Shown here: positions 55,443 through 64,000 of the stretch, piece by piece
Numbering within the stretch: position 1 is the first letter of the stretch
Layout of the letters: every line of letters begins with the position of its first letter
Assembly: GCA_964399285.1 (NCBI GenBank)
Contig: CAYNQK010000001.1
Location: 90-64,089, forward strand
Direction of reading: 5' to 3'
Length of the DNA stretch: 64,000 bases
Origin: an uncultured Spirochaetales bacterium
GTDB taxonomy: Bacteria; Spirochaetota; Spirochaetia; Treponematales; JBGSOB01
Notes under the pieces: generated by a model
Database searches by the model: none
Told to the model about the DNA's origin: nothing
Seen by the model: the letters and a program-made list of their open reading frames with translations, nothing else
Translations under genes and position numbers: made by a program

Positions 55443-57035
55443 TCAGTCCAGGGTCGGGATAAAGGAAGGGTCGACGCGGCCGTCGACTAAGCGTTCGGCG
55501 TGATGCCCGAAGGCGAGGAGGGCGCTCTCGGTGAAGGGTCTCGTGCAGAGGGGGATGCCGGCGGGGAGGGCACCGCGGGTTAGCCCCATGGGGATGGTGA
55601 GGGCGGGCCAGCCCGATACCGCGGGAAGGCTCGTCTCGCCCCCCGCGAAATGGTCCCCCAGGACGTGGTCCACGAGGCCCGCCGGGCCGTTGGAGGGCCA
55701 GACGACGAAGTCGAGTCGCTTTCGCTTGAACGCCTTGGAGAGGGCCTTCTTCTGGGCGAGCTTCAACGATACGCGGAGCGCCCTGCGGTACCGGCCGAGC
55801 CTGCGCCGCGCCTCCTTCACCGCTTCCTCGAAGATCTCCTGGCCGAAAAACGCGAGCTCCGATTCCGCGTTCGCCTCGTTCCAGAGTATGAGCGAGGAGA
55901 GGCTCCGCACCGGCGCGTCCGGCCGCTCCTCGAGGTAGGCCTCCAGGCCCGTCTTGAATTCCCTGAGCATCACGCGGTACTCGAATTTATAGAGCGCGCG
56001 GGAATGGCGGGGTTTGACCGGGTCGACCAGGATCGCTCCGGCCGAGCGCAGCTTCCCGAGGGTCTCCTCGAATAGGGCGTCCGTGGGCGCGTCGAATCCC
56101 GTGAAGCAGCGAGCCACGCCGACGCGCTTGCCGACGAGGTAGTCCGGACGCGTCTCCTGGATGAAGGCCGCGTAGCCGCCCGCGCAGTATCCGCCGCCCT
56201 TGTCCGCGAGGGCGTAGGCTTTTCCGTACCGTTCCGAAATGGCCTCGAGCTGGGTTGATCCGTCCTCCGGATGGGCGCCGCACATCGCGTCGAGAATGAG
56301 GGCGAGAGAGGTGCAGGAACGGGCGATGGGCCCCGCGGTATCCTGGCTGGAAGAGATGGGGACGATTCCGCCGCGGGGCACGAGGCCGAGCGTGGGTTTG
56401 AGCCCCGCGACGCCGCATACGGACGCCGGATTGATGATCGAGCCGTCCGTTTCAGTCCCGAGGGCCGCGGGCGCGAGGAAGGCCGCCACGGCCGCCGCCG
56501 ATCCCGACGAGGAGCCGCCGGGGCTCCTGTCGAGCACGTGGGGGTTCTTCGTCTGTCCGCCCCGCGCCGACCATCCGCTCGATGAGCGGTGCGACCGGAA
56601 ATTGGCCCATTCGCTCAGGTTCGTCTTCCCGAGGATGACGACCCCGGCTTCCTTGAGCCGCCTCACGGCCTCCGCGTCCCGGACCGGGCCCTTTTCCGCG
56701 AGGGCGAGGGACCCGGCCGTGGTGGGGGCGCCGCCCGTGGCGTCGATGTTGTCCTTGAGGAGGATGGGAACGCCGTGGAGCGGACCGCGGACTCTGCCCG
56801 CCGCGCGCTCGGCGTCGCGCGAACGGGCTTCCTCGCGCCATGATGGATTGAGCTGGATGACAGAACGGAGCTCGGGCCCGGAAGAGTCGATCAGCGAGAT
56901 TCGATCCGCGAAGGCTTGGCAGAGACCGGCGGAATCGACGTCGCCCCGGGTTAGGGATTGAGCGAGTCCTTCTATATCAAGCCCGCAAATCCCTTCCATG
57001 CGGTCCAGTATGCCCGCCGGAAAGGGGGGCGTCAA
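55443..57035 (-). CDS. amidase-signature family amidase
   Basis: GGSSSGSAAAVAA signature with upstream K and cis-Ser context (LKDNIDATG). Confidence 0.9.
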   Translation of the reverse strand: MTPPFPAGILDRMEGICGLDIEGLAQSLTRGDVDSAGLCQAFADRISLIDSSGPELRSVIQLNPSWREEARSRDAERAAGRVRGPLHGVPILLKDNIDATGGAPTTAGSLALAEKGPVRDAEAVRRLKEAGVVILGKTNLSEWANFRSHRSSSGWSARGGQTKNPHVLDRSPGGSSSGSAAAVAAFLAPAALGTETDGSIINPASVCGVAGLKPTLGLVPRGGIVPISSSQDTAGPIARSCTSLALILDAMCGAHPEDGSTQLEAISERYGKAYALADKGGGYCAGGYAAFIQETRPDYLVGKRVGVARCFTGFDAPTDALFEETLGKLRSAGAILVDPVKPRHSRALYKFEYRVMLREFKTGLEAYLEERPDAPVRSLSSLILWNEANAESELAFFGQEIFEEAVKEARRRLGRYRRALRVSLKLAQKKALSKAFKRKRLDFVVWPSNGPAGLVDHVLGDHFAGGETSLPAVSGWPALTIPMGLTRGALPAGIPLCTRPFTESALLAFGHHAERLVDGRVDPSFIPTLD

Positions 57036-57039
57036 TCGT

Positions 57040-58122
57040 TCAGCCGAGAGGCCTGTCGGGGACGGCGCGGGCCCGCGCGTAACCCGGCTTTATGGAACCG
57101 TAGATGATCTCCACGCGGTCGTCGTATCCGATGAAGGCGCTCTTCATCGCGTTGATGGTGAGCTTCTCGATGTCCGCGAGCTGGAGGCCGAAGGCCCTCG
57201 CCGCGAGTTCGAACTCGCGCGAGAGGCTGGTGCCGCTCATGAGGCGGTTGTCCGTGCAGATGGCCGTCCTGAAGCTGTTGCGGTAAAAGACGCGGAAGGG
57301 GTGTCCCTCTATCGATGCGGCAGCCCCCGTCTGAACGTTGGAGGATAGGCAGCATTCCAGGGGGATGCGGCGGTCGCGGACGAAGGCGGCGAGCGAGCCC
57401 GGCTTCACCTTGCCGTTCGAATCCATGTCCTCGATGAGGCGGGTGCCGTGCCCGATCCTCTGGGCTCCGCAGATCTGGATGGCCTGCCAGATCGATTCCG
57501 GTCCGAAGGCCTCCCCCGCGTGGATGGTGATGTTGAAGTTCTTGTTGCGGATGTACTGGAAGGCGTCGAGGTGGCGCTTGGGCGGATGCCCCGATTCGTC
57601 TCCAGCGATGTCGAAGCCCACGACGCCGCGGTCCCGGAAGGCCACGGCGAGCTCGGCGGCCTCGAGCGAGAGCTTGGCGTCCATGTTCCTGAGCGCGCAG
57701 ACGATGACCCCGTAGCGCGTGCCCGTCGCCTGTCGTCCGGCCTCGAGGCCGCGGAGGACCGAGGAAACGACGCGTTCGAGGTCGAGGCCGCGCTCAGTGT
57801 GGAGGATGGGGGCGAAGCGGATCTCCGCGTACACGACGCCGTCCGCCGCGAGGTCCTCGATGGTCTCGCGCGCTACCCGCTCGAGGGCGGCCTCCGTCTG
57901 CATGACCGCGCAGGTGGCGGAGAAGCCTTCAAGATAGAGGGGGAGGCTCTTCCGTTCCGCTCCGCGGCGGAACCAGGCGCCCAGTTCTCCGGGGTCGCGG
58001 GTCGGGAGTTCCAGTCCTGATTCCGGGGCTAGGTCGATGATGGTCGAGGGGCGGAGCCCGCCGTCCAGGTGGTCGTGAAGCTCGACTTTCGGGAGCGAAC
58101 GGATGAAGGCGAGGAGTTCCAT
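57040..58122 (-). CDS. add: adenosine deaminase
   Basis: LPKVELHDHLDGGLR, HAGE and the C-terminal DD motif region (CTDNRLMSG). Start at ATG 58122, 6 nt after TATATT. Confidence 0.9.
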   Translation of the reverse strand: MELLAFIRSLPKVELHDHLDGGLRPSTIIDLAPESGLELPTRDPGELGAWFRRGAERKSLPLYLEGFSATCAVMQTEAALERVARETIEDLAADGVVYAEIRFAPILHTERGLDLERVVSSVLRGLEAGRQATGTRYGVIVCALRNMDAKLSLEAAELAVAFRDRGVVGFDIAGDESGHPPKRHLDAFQYIRNKNFNITIHAGEAFGPESIWQAIQICGAQRIGHGTRLIEDMDSNGKVKPGSLAAFVRDRRIPLECCLSSNVQTGAAASIEGHPFRVFYRNSFRTAICTDNRLMSGTSLSREFELAARAFGLQLADIEKLTINAMKSAFIGYDDRVEIIYGSIKPGYARARAVPDRPLG

Positions 58123-58192
58123 GGCCTTAATATACGACTCCGGGAGAACGGCGCCAGGAAAATCCGCGCTTGTGCTCGATACTATACCGATG

Positions 58193-58198
58193 TATAGT
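58193..58198 (+). promoter_or_regulatory. -10 element (TATAGT) 6 nt upstream of the radical SAM gene ATG
   Basis: TTGTGC 58170-58175, 17 nt, TATAGT 58193-58198, aaacgc, ATG 58205. Confidence 0.4.
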
Positions 58199-58204
58199 AA
58201 ACGC

Positions 58205-59506
58205 ATGGATATGAAGGAGAGGCTCTCGATCCTGGCCGCGTCAGCGCGATACGACGCTTCCTGCGCCTCCTCCGGCACCGAGTCGACGGGAAAGAGCCGG
58301 GGCAGGACGGGGCACGCGGTCCCCGGCGGGGTCTGCCACAGCTGGACCGGGGACGGCAGATGCGTCTCCCTCCTCAAGGTCCTGTACTCCAACGCCTGCC
58401 GCTATGATTGCGCTTACTGCGCGAACAGGCGTTCCGCGGACGTCCGCCGGACCAGCTTCACGCCGGACGAGCTCGTGCGCCTCACCGTCTCGTTCTACCG
58501 GAGGAACTACATCGAGGGGCTTTTCCTCTCCTCCGGCATTTTCTCCGATCCGGACATCGTTATGGGGAAGCTCGTAGAAGTGGCGCGCAAGCTCAGGACC
58601 GAGGCGGGCTTCGACGGCTACATCCACCTCAAGGCCATTCCCGGAGCGGGCGACGCCCTCCTCGCGGAGGCGGGTCGCTGGGCCGACCGCCTCTCCGCCA
58701 ACATAGAGCTCCCGACCGAGTCGAGCCTCGAATACCTCGCGCCCGAGAAGCGCGGCCCGACGATCATTTCCGCGATGCGGTCGATCCGCGACGGCATCCT
58801 CGAGGGACAGGAGGCGAAGCGCGCCGGGCGGAGGCCGCTGAACGGGCTCCGCGGCTTCGCTCCCGCCGGGCAGAGCACCCAGCTCGTGATCGGCGCGAGC
58901 CCCGAGCCCGACGGGGCGGTCCTCAAGCTCGCGGATTCCCTCTACCGGAAGATGGGGCTCAAGCGGGTCTATTATTCCGCGTTCTCCCCGGTGAGCTCAG
59001 ATACGCGCCTCCCCTCGAGCGCGCCGCCGCTCAGGCGCGAGCACCGCCTCTACCAGGCCGATTGGCTCCTCCGCTTCTACCACTTCTCCATCGATGAAAT
59101 CTGCCCGTCGGACGGGAACCTGAGCCTCGAGTACGATCCGAAAGCCGCGTGGGCCGCGGCCCATCCCGAGTTCTTTCCAATCGATATCGCGACCGCGGAC
59201 TACGAGGCGATCCTCCGCGTGCCCGGGATCGGGGTGACGGGCGCCCGGAGGATCCTCGACGCGAGGAGGGCGAGCGATCTTGGATTCCATTCCGTGACGA
59301 GGCTCGGCATCGTGATGAAGCGGGCGCGCCACTTCATCACCGTGCGCGGGCGGGGCATGGAAGGCATGATAGAACCGGGAAGGAGGCTGAACGACATCCT
59401 CAAGTCAGATCCCGCGCCCGGAGCGGACGATGAGTCTTCCTTCGCCATCGCGGGAGATGCCGGAGCGGACCGGCGTCCGCAGATCGAGTTCGACTTCGAT
59501 GCTTGA
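58205..59506 (+). CDS. putative DNA modification/repair radical SAM protein (TIGR03916-like)
   Basis: CRYDCAYC is a CxxxCxxC cluster motif. C-terminal helix-hairpin-helix LRVPGIGVTGARRILDARR. Confidence 0.8.
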   Translation: MDMKERLSILAASARYDASCASSGTESTGKSRGRTGHAVPGGVCHSWTGDGRCVSLLKVLYSNACRYDCAYCANRRSADVRRTSFTPDELVRLTVSFYRRNYIEGLFLSSGIFSDPDIVMGKLVEVARKLRTEAGFDGYIHLKAIPGAGDALLAEAGRWADRLSANIELPTESSLEYLAPEKRGPTIISAMRSIRDGILEGQEAKRAGRRPLNGLRGFAPAGQSTQLVIGASPEPDGAVLKLADSLYRKMGLKRVYYSAFSPVSSDTRLPSSAPPLRREHRLYQADWLLRFYHFSIDEICPSDGNLSLEYDPKAAWAAAHPEFFPIDIATADYEAILRVPGIGVTGARRILDARRASDLGFHSVTRLGIVMKRARHFITVRGRGMEGMIEPGRRLNDILKSDPAPGADDESSFAIAGDAGADRRPQIEFDFDA

Positions 59507-60248
59507 TACGGTCTCGAGATTCCGCTTCGAGCCGACGATCGCGGGATTCTTATCCATCCTCGAAGCCCTGTCCCTGCATGATGGCGCGATAGATTCCATC
59601 GAACCCGATGGAGCAGTCGCGGATGCCGATTTATTCCATGATTACGCGTTCATCCCGACGGATCGAGCGAAGGCCGAGGCGTTCAGGGCGCGGCTCGCGA
59701 AGACGGGGGGAAGGACGGTCGAGGAACTGGAGGCCGCCTTCCTGAGCGGTAGGGCCGTTTGGAGAGAGGCCGTCGGGTATTGCCGCTTCGCGCTCTCGGG
59801 CGAAACGGCGAAGCTCGATGACGAGACCGATCCCGACGTCCGCGCCGTCAAGGCGGCATGGAGGGCGACCGTCAAGGAGATCCATCGATTCGAGGGAATC
59901 CTCCGTTTCATACCGAGATCCGACGGAGCCTACGTCGCCGTTTTCGATCCCGACGCCGACATTCTCGAACGCCTCGTGCCCTTCTTCGCGTCGCGTTTCG
60001 GCGATACGCCATTCCTCCTCATAGATGAGCGTCGGAATAAATGCGGAGGAACCGCGGCTCCGCGCGGAAGAAAGGCTGCGGAATCGTGGGACGACGAAGA
60101 CGCTTCGGGCGACGAATACGCGGGATTGTGGAAGGCCTTCTACCGCGCCACCGAGAATCCCGCGCGCCTCAATCCGGAACTCAGGAGGCGATTCATCCCC
60201 TACCGGTACTGGAAGAACCTTGTCGAGATGGAGGGGGAGCTCCGGTGA
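59499..60248 (+). CDS. DUF4130 / TIGR03915-like probable DNA metabolism protein
   Basis: ATG overlaps the radical SAM stop by 8 nt. Motifs HRFEGILRF, FLLIDERR, LWKAFYRAT and RRRFIPYRYWKNLVEME. Confidence 0.7.
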   Translation: MLDTVSRFRFEPTIAGFLSILEALSLHDGAIDSIEPDGAVADADLFHDYAFIPTDRAKAEAFRARLAKTGGRTVEELEAAFLSGRAVWREAVGYCRFALSGETAKLDDETDPDVRAVKAAWRATVKEIHRFEGILRFIPRSDGAYVAVFDPDADILERLVPFFASRFGDTPFLLIDERRNKCGGTAAPRGRKAAESWDDEDASGDEYAGLWKAFYRATENPARLNPELRRRFIPYRYWKNLVEMEGELR

Positions 60249-60606
60249 GCCGAGGCCTCCAGCCGTAGCGCTCGAGATCGATCGAGCCGTCGTCCTCGAC
60301 GGACACGCCCTCCGCGCGGAGCAGGGCGATCTGCTCGTCGCGGCCGTGGCCCTCTAGGGCGATCCTTCCTTTAGTCGCCGTAGCCCCTTTCGCGACGACG
60401 CGCTGCCACGGGAGGCGGGATATCTCCGAACGAGCGTGGAGCGTCCGCACGACCTGGCGCGCGCCCAGGGGACTGCCCGCCGCCGCGGCGATGCCGCCAT
60501 AGGTGCACACCCGGCCTTTCGGTATTGAGGAAACGATCTTTTCCACTATCAGGGTGAAGTCGCTCAATCCCTTCGCGCCGCCCGCCGCGCTTTCTTTCTT
60601 TTTCAT
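60193..60606 (-). CDS. alkyltransferase-like (ATL / YbaZ-type MGMT-family) protein lacking the acceptor Cys
   Basis: VPKGRVCTYGGIAAAAG...RLPWQRVV has Trp where O6-alkylguanine transferases have the PCHR cysteine. The 3' end overlaps the convergent DUF4130 gene by 56 nt. Confidence 0.7.
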   Translation of the reverse strand: MKKKESAAGGAKGLSDFTLIVEKIVSSIPKGRVCTYGGIAAAAGSPLGARQVVRTLHARSEISRLPWQRVVAKGATATKGRIALEGHGRDEQIALLRAEGVSVEDDGSIDLERYGWRPRLTGAPPPSRQGSSSTGRG

Positions 60607-60806
60607 GCTGTCCCTCGCCGTTCCGTTCTCGGCATGCCGTATCCGAGTGACGAGTATAGCACCCCTTGTCATGGATCGGCGCGACCGGTATCACCGTTTG
60701 CCCACGAGACGGATACCGGGTATACTGGATCCACTGTGCGTAGCGCCGGAATCGGTCCGGCCGCGCGATCGCCCGTCGCGGATATGCGCGCGGAAGGATC
60801 GTCGCG

Positions 60807-61502
60807 GTGAGTACCGTTAAAATAGACCTCCATTGCCATTCGACCCAGAGCGACGGAGACCTCGATCCCGCCGCGCTCGCCGAGCGCGTAGCGGCGACGG
60901 GCGTCAGGATCGCGGCCCTCACCGATCACAACGCCGTATCGGGCGTTGAAGCGTTCCGCGAGCGGGCGACCGAGCTGGGCATGAAGCACATGAACGGCGT
61001 GGAGATCGATATCCCGTACCGCGGGCTCAGCATCCACGTACTCTGCTACGGGTACGGGAAGACGAGCCCGGCGTTCGAGAAGTACCTCGGTCGCGGACGG
61101 CAGGTCCTCAGGTACTTCGGCGTGCGGAACGACATCCGCGAGCTCGTCAAGATCGCGCACGATATCGGGGCGCTCGCCGTGTTCGCCCACCCCCTCGCGT
61201 ATCCTGGCGTGAAGAGCCTCGAGGAGCTCGCGGAGGATCTCAAGGACGCGGGGATCGACGGGCTCGAGGCGTATTACAGCCCGTACGAGCCTGAGGAGCA
61301 CGAGCGACTCCTCGGTATCGCCCGCTCGCTCGGGCTCTTCGTGACGGGCGGGAGCGACTACCACCGCGACTATCCCAGCCGCGTGCGAAAGGAATACCGC
61401 GGCATCCTCAATATCCGAAGGGCCACCGAGCCCGGCATCGAGGTTCCCGAATCCGACATCGCCCCCTTCCTCGAGCTGATGGGGGACAGGGTTTCGGGCT
61501 GA
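60807..61502 (+). CDS. PHP-domain metal-dependent phosphoesterase (TrpH/YciV-like)
   Basis: IDLHCHSTQSDG, ALTDHN, AHP and GGSDYH. GTG start after GGAAGGA. Confidence 0.85.
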   Translation: MSTVKIDLHCHSTQSDGDLDPAALAERVAATGVRIAALTDHNAVSGVEAFRERATELGMKHMNGVEIDIPYRGLSIHVLCYGYGKTSPAFEKYLGRGRQVLRYFGVRNDIRELVKIAHDIGALAVFAHPLAYPGVKSLEELAEDLKDAGIDGLEAYYSPYEPEEHERLLGIARSLGLFVTGGSDYHRDYPSRVRKEYRGILNIRRATEPGIEVPESDIAPFLELMGDRVSG

Positions 61503-61516
61503 AGCGGCCGGACGCG

Positions 61517-61552
61517 AAAAAAAACGGAGGCCGGCTCAGCGCCGACCTCCGC
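61517..61552 (-). terminator. rho-independent terminator after the aconitase-family gene
   Basis: The minus strand reads CGGAGGTCGGC gctga GCCGGCCTCCG TTTTTTTT. Confidence 0.75.
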
Positions 61553-61597
61553 GGTCGCGAGATTCAGGGCGGATACCGATCGATCCGCCGACGGGCC

Positions 61598-63919
61598 TCA
61601 TTCGCCGTAGTAATTGATGAGGCAGCCCGAAAGGATGATGGCGCGTTCGCCCTCTTCGAGGCCGGGAAGGCCGAGGACGATCTCTTCCTTCGATGAACCC
61701 TTCACGAGAAGCGCCTTCACGGATTCCGCGCCCGAGCTCACCGCCGCGCGGACGCCCTTAACGACGATCCTGTCTCCCAGCGCGAGCTTGGCGGCCGCGG
61801 CCTGATCCACGATGAAGGGGAGCATGCCCCAGTTCACGAGGTTGGAACGGTAGCGCTTGGTCGCGTAATCGATGGCCGCGTTGGCCCAGCCGCCGAGGAC
61901 CTTCTGGCAGGAAGCCGCCTGCTCGCGGGCGGAACCGTCTCCCGGCTTGTTCGCGAAGACGATGGAGCCGATGCCGGTCTTCTCGCGCGAAAGTCCCGCT
62001 ACGCCGGCGGCCTCGAGCGACTTCCACATGGAGTCTAGGGACGCCGCGTCGCCGCCCGTCCCGCGACGGGCCTGCTCGGCGGCCTGCACGGCCTTGGCGC
62101 GGCCCACGTAGCCGGGGTCCTTGCGCGAGAGCGTGAATTCGGCGAGCTTGAGCGGGTTGGAGCGGTAGGACGAGGTCTCGCCCGAGGGGATGAGCTCGTC
62201 CGTGGTCGTTACCGGGTCGCGGATGACCGAGACGACCTCGAGGACGATGTCCTCGGTCAGGGGGATCATCTTGGGCCAGTCGGCGATGTTGGGCCCGAGG
62301 ACGAGGTCGAGCTCGGGCTTGGCCTTCCCGAAGCCGTTGAAGACCCGGGCGTCGTAGCAGGAGCGATCGTAGGAATACTCCCAGCCCCGCTCCTTGAAGC
62401 CGATCTCGGTGGCTGGCGTGAGGAGCCCGCCGTTCGCCGCCGTAGCCGCGATGGAGCGGGCGTCCATGAGGGCGACCGAGGTGATCTGCCCGGCCGAGGG
62501 CTTGGAGCCTTCGCGGCTCGGGAAGTTGCGCGTGGCGTGGCGGATGGAGAAGCCCTTGTTGGCGGGGACGTCGCCTGCGCCGAAGCAGGGACCGCAGAAG
62601 GCGGTGCGCATGGTGGCGCCCGCGGAGATGAGGTCCGAGGCGGCCCCGTTCCTGGTGATGGCGGCGTTGACGGGCTGGCTTCCGGGGTAGACCGAGAGCC
62701 AGAACTCGCCCGAGCCCGTGCTCTTTCCGCGAAGGATGTCCGCCGCGGCCATGATGTTCTCGTAGGTGCCGCCCGCGCAGCCGACGATGACGCCCTGGTC
62801 CGCGTAGAACTTCCCGTTCACGAGCTTGGAGCGGAAATCGACCTTGAGGTCGGGATTCTCCATGACCTTCTGGCCCTCGATTTCAGCCTCCCTGAGGATC
62901 TCCTCAGGCCGCGCGCGGAGCTCCTCGATGGAGACGGCGTTGGCGGGATGGTAGGGCAGGGAGATCATGGGCCGGATACTGGAGAGGTCCACCACGAGGG
63001 CCCCGTCGTACTTGGCGAGGGGGGCGGGCGCGAGCTTCCTGTACGCGTCCGGCCTTCCATGCGTCTTGAAGAAGCCCTCGACCGTCTCGTCGGTGATCCA
63101 GATCGAGGAGAGGCAGGTGGTCTCCGTGGTCATGCCGTCGATTCCGCAGCGGTAGTCCGCGCTCAGCGAGGCCACGCCGGGGCCGGCGAATTCCATGACC
63201 TTGTTCTTCACGAAGCCCGAGGCGAAAACCTCCCCGACGATGGCGAGGGCCGCGTCGTGCGGTCCGACGCCGTCGACCGGCTTTCCCTCGAGCCACACGA
63301 GGACGACGTCCGGCCTCTTGAGGTCGTAGGTCTTGCCGAGTATCTGCTTCACGAGCTCGGGGCCGCCCTCGCCGACGGAGAGCGTCCCGAGGGCCCCGTA
63401 GCGTGTGTGCGAGTCCGATCCGAGGATCATCCTGCCGCAGCCGCTCATCTCCTCTCGCATGTAGGTGTGGATGACCGCCTGGTGCGCCGGGACGAAGATG
63501 CCCCCGTACTTGCGCGCGGCGGAGAGCCCGAAGACGTGGTCGTCCTCGTTGATGGTCCCGCCCACCGCGCAGAGGCTGTTGTGGCAGTTGGTGAGGACGT
63601 AGGGGATGGGGAACTTCTCGAGGCCCGAGGCGCGGGCCGTCTGCACGATGCCCACGTACGTGATGTCGTGGGAGGCGAGGGCGTCGAACTTTATCCTGAG
63701 GTCCCTGTCCGTGCCCTCGTTGTGCGCCTTGAGGATGGACCATGCCATGGTGCCGTCCCGCGCGGCCGCGGGATCGGTCCCGGCGGGCAGGGGGGGCAGG
63801 CCCGCGGCCTTGAGGCGCGCGTCGAACGCGTCCGCTGCCGGAGAGGCGCCCAGCTCGGATTCCGGAAGGAGGACCGAGCCGCCCGCGAGGTAGACGCCGC
63901 CCTTGATTTCCTTGAACAT
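61598..63919 (-). CDS. aconitase-family hydratase (fused large and swivel domains)
   Basis: GSDSHT, CGPCFG and NFPSREGS cluster/substrate motifs. 773 aa. Confidence 0.85.
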   Translation of the reverse strand: MFKEIKGGVYLAGGSVLLPESELGASPAADAFDARLKAAGLPPLPAGTDPAAARDGTMAWSILKAHNEGTDRDLRIKFDALASHDITYVGIVQTARASGLEKFPIPYVLTNCHNSLCAVGGTINEDDHVFGLSAARKYGGIFVPAHQAVIHTYMREEMSGCGRMILGSDSHTRYGALGTLSVGEGGPELVKQILGKTYDLKRPDVVLVWLEGKPVDGVGPHDAALAIVGEVFASGFVKNKVMEFAGPGVASLSADYRCGIDGMTTETTCLSSIWITDETVEGFFKTHGRPDAYRKLAPAPLAKYDGALVVDLSSIRPMISLPYHPANAVSIEELRARPEEILREAEIEGQKVMENPDLKVDFRSKLVNGKFYADQGVIVGCAGGTYENIMAAADILRGKSTGSGEFWLSVYPGSQPVNAAITRNGAASDLISAGATMRTAFCGPCFGAGDVPANKGFSIRHATRNFPSREGSKPSAGQITSVALMDARSIAATAANGGLLTPATEIGFKERGWEYSYDRSCYDARVFNGFGKAKPELDLVLGPNIADWPKMIPLTEDIVLEVVSVIRDPVTTTDELIPSGETSSYRSNPLKLAEFTLSRKDPGYVGRAKAVQAAEQARRGTGGDAASLDSMWKSLEAAGVAGLSREKTGIGSIVFANKPGDGSAREQAASCQKVLGGWANAAIDYATKRYRSNLVNWGMLPFIVDQAAAAKLALGDRIVVKGVRAAVSSGAESVKALLVKGSSKEEIVLGLPGLEEGERAIILSGCLINYYGE

Positions 63920-63926
63920 TTCCGCG

Positions 63927-64000
63927 CTAGCCCCTTCCGCGCACGAGGACGCGAACCTGCTTGTAGAGCCCCTCGCCCTCGCTCTTGGTCTCGATGTCCC
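63927..64000 (-). CDS. 3' end of an unidentified upstream gene (partial)
   Basis: The minus strand reads ...DIETKSEGEGLYKQVRVLVRGRG* with its stop at 63927-63929. Too short to assign. Confidence 0.3.
   Translation of the reverse strand, partial: DIETKSEGEGLYKQVRVLVRGRG

Overview
This is a 64-kb, roughly 60% GC bacterial chromosomal window centred on the replication-origin neighbourhood. gyrA-gyrB on the minus strand diverge from dnaA-dnaN-recF-glgA on the plus strand across an AT-rich, DnaA-box-bearing spacer at about 23.9-24.3 kb. The rest is mostly housekeeping: metK-ahcY, glpK, murA, pyrC, fusA, radA, add, an amidase, an aconitase and a GH1 beta-glucosidase. Signalling and envelope genes are interspersed: a class III cyclase, a REC-PP2C phosphatase, a STAS/PspA operon, a double M23 peptidase, lipoproteins and an LptF/G-like membrane pair. 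I support about 60 CDS. I found no rRNA, tRNA, CRISPR array, transposase, integrase or recognisable defence island. The gene order and a mitochondrial-EF-G1-like fusA suggest a spirochaete-like lineage, but this is inference only. Six observations deserve follow-up. (1) A DnaA-box cluster at 44.4-44.7 kb has more consensus boxes than either dnaA-flanking spacer. (2) A 390-bp orphan region at 36.1-36.5 kb has its own promoter-like element, an SD-preceded 29-codon sORF, extensive pairing potential and a strong plus-strand terminator. (3) A promoter-terminator-bounded cassette encodes a protein made of five tandem 50-aa DUF898-like units. (4) An uncharacterised radical-SAM/DUF4130 pair sits beside a Cys-less alkyltransferase-like protein and a PHP phosphoesterase. 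(5) Many first-in-operon genes have a -10 hexamer 6-8 nt upstream of the start codon and no SD, which suggests leaderless mRNAs. (6) Several housekeeping enzymes carry unusual active-site residues: the MetK loop, GyrA Leu83, MurA Asp117 and EF-G Val88. All family assignments come from motif recognition by eye. No database search was run.
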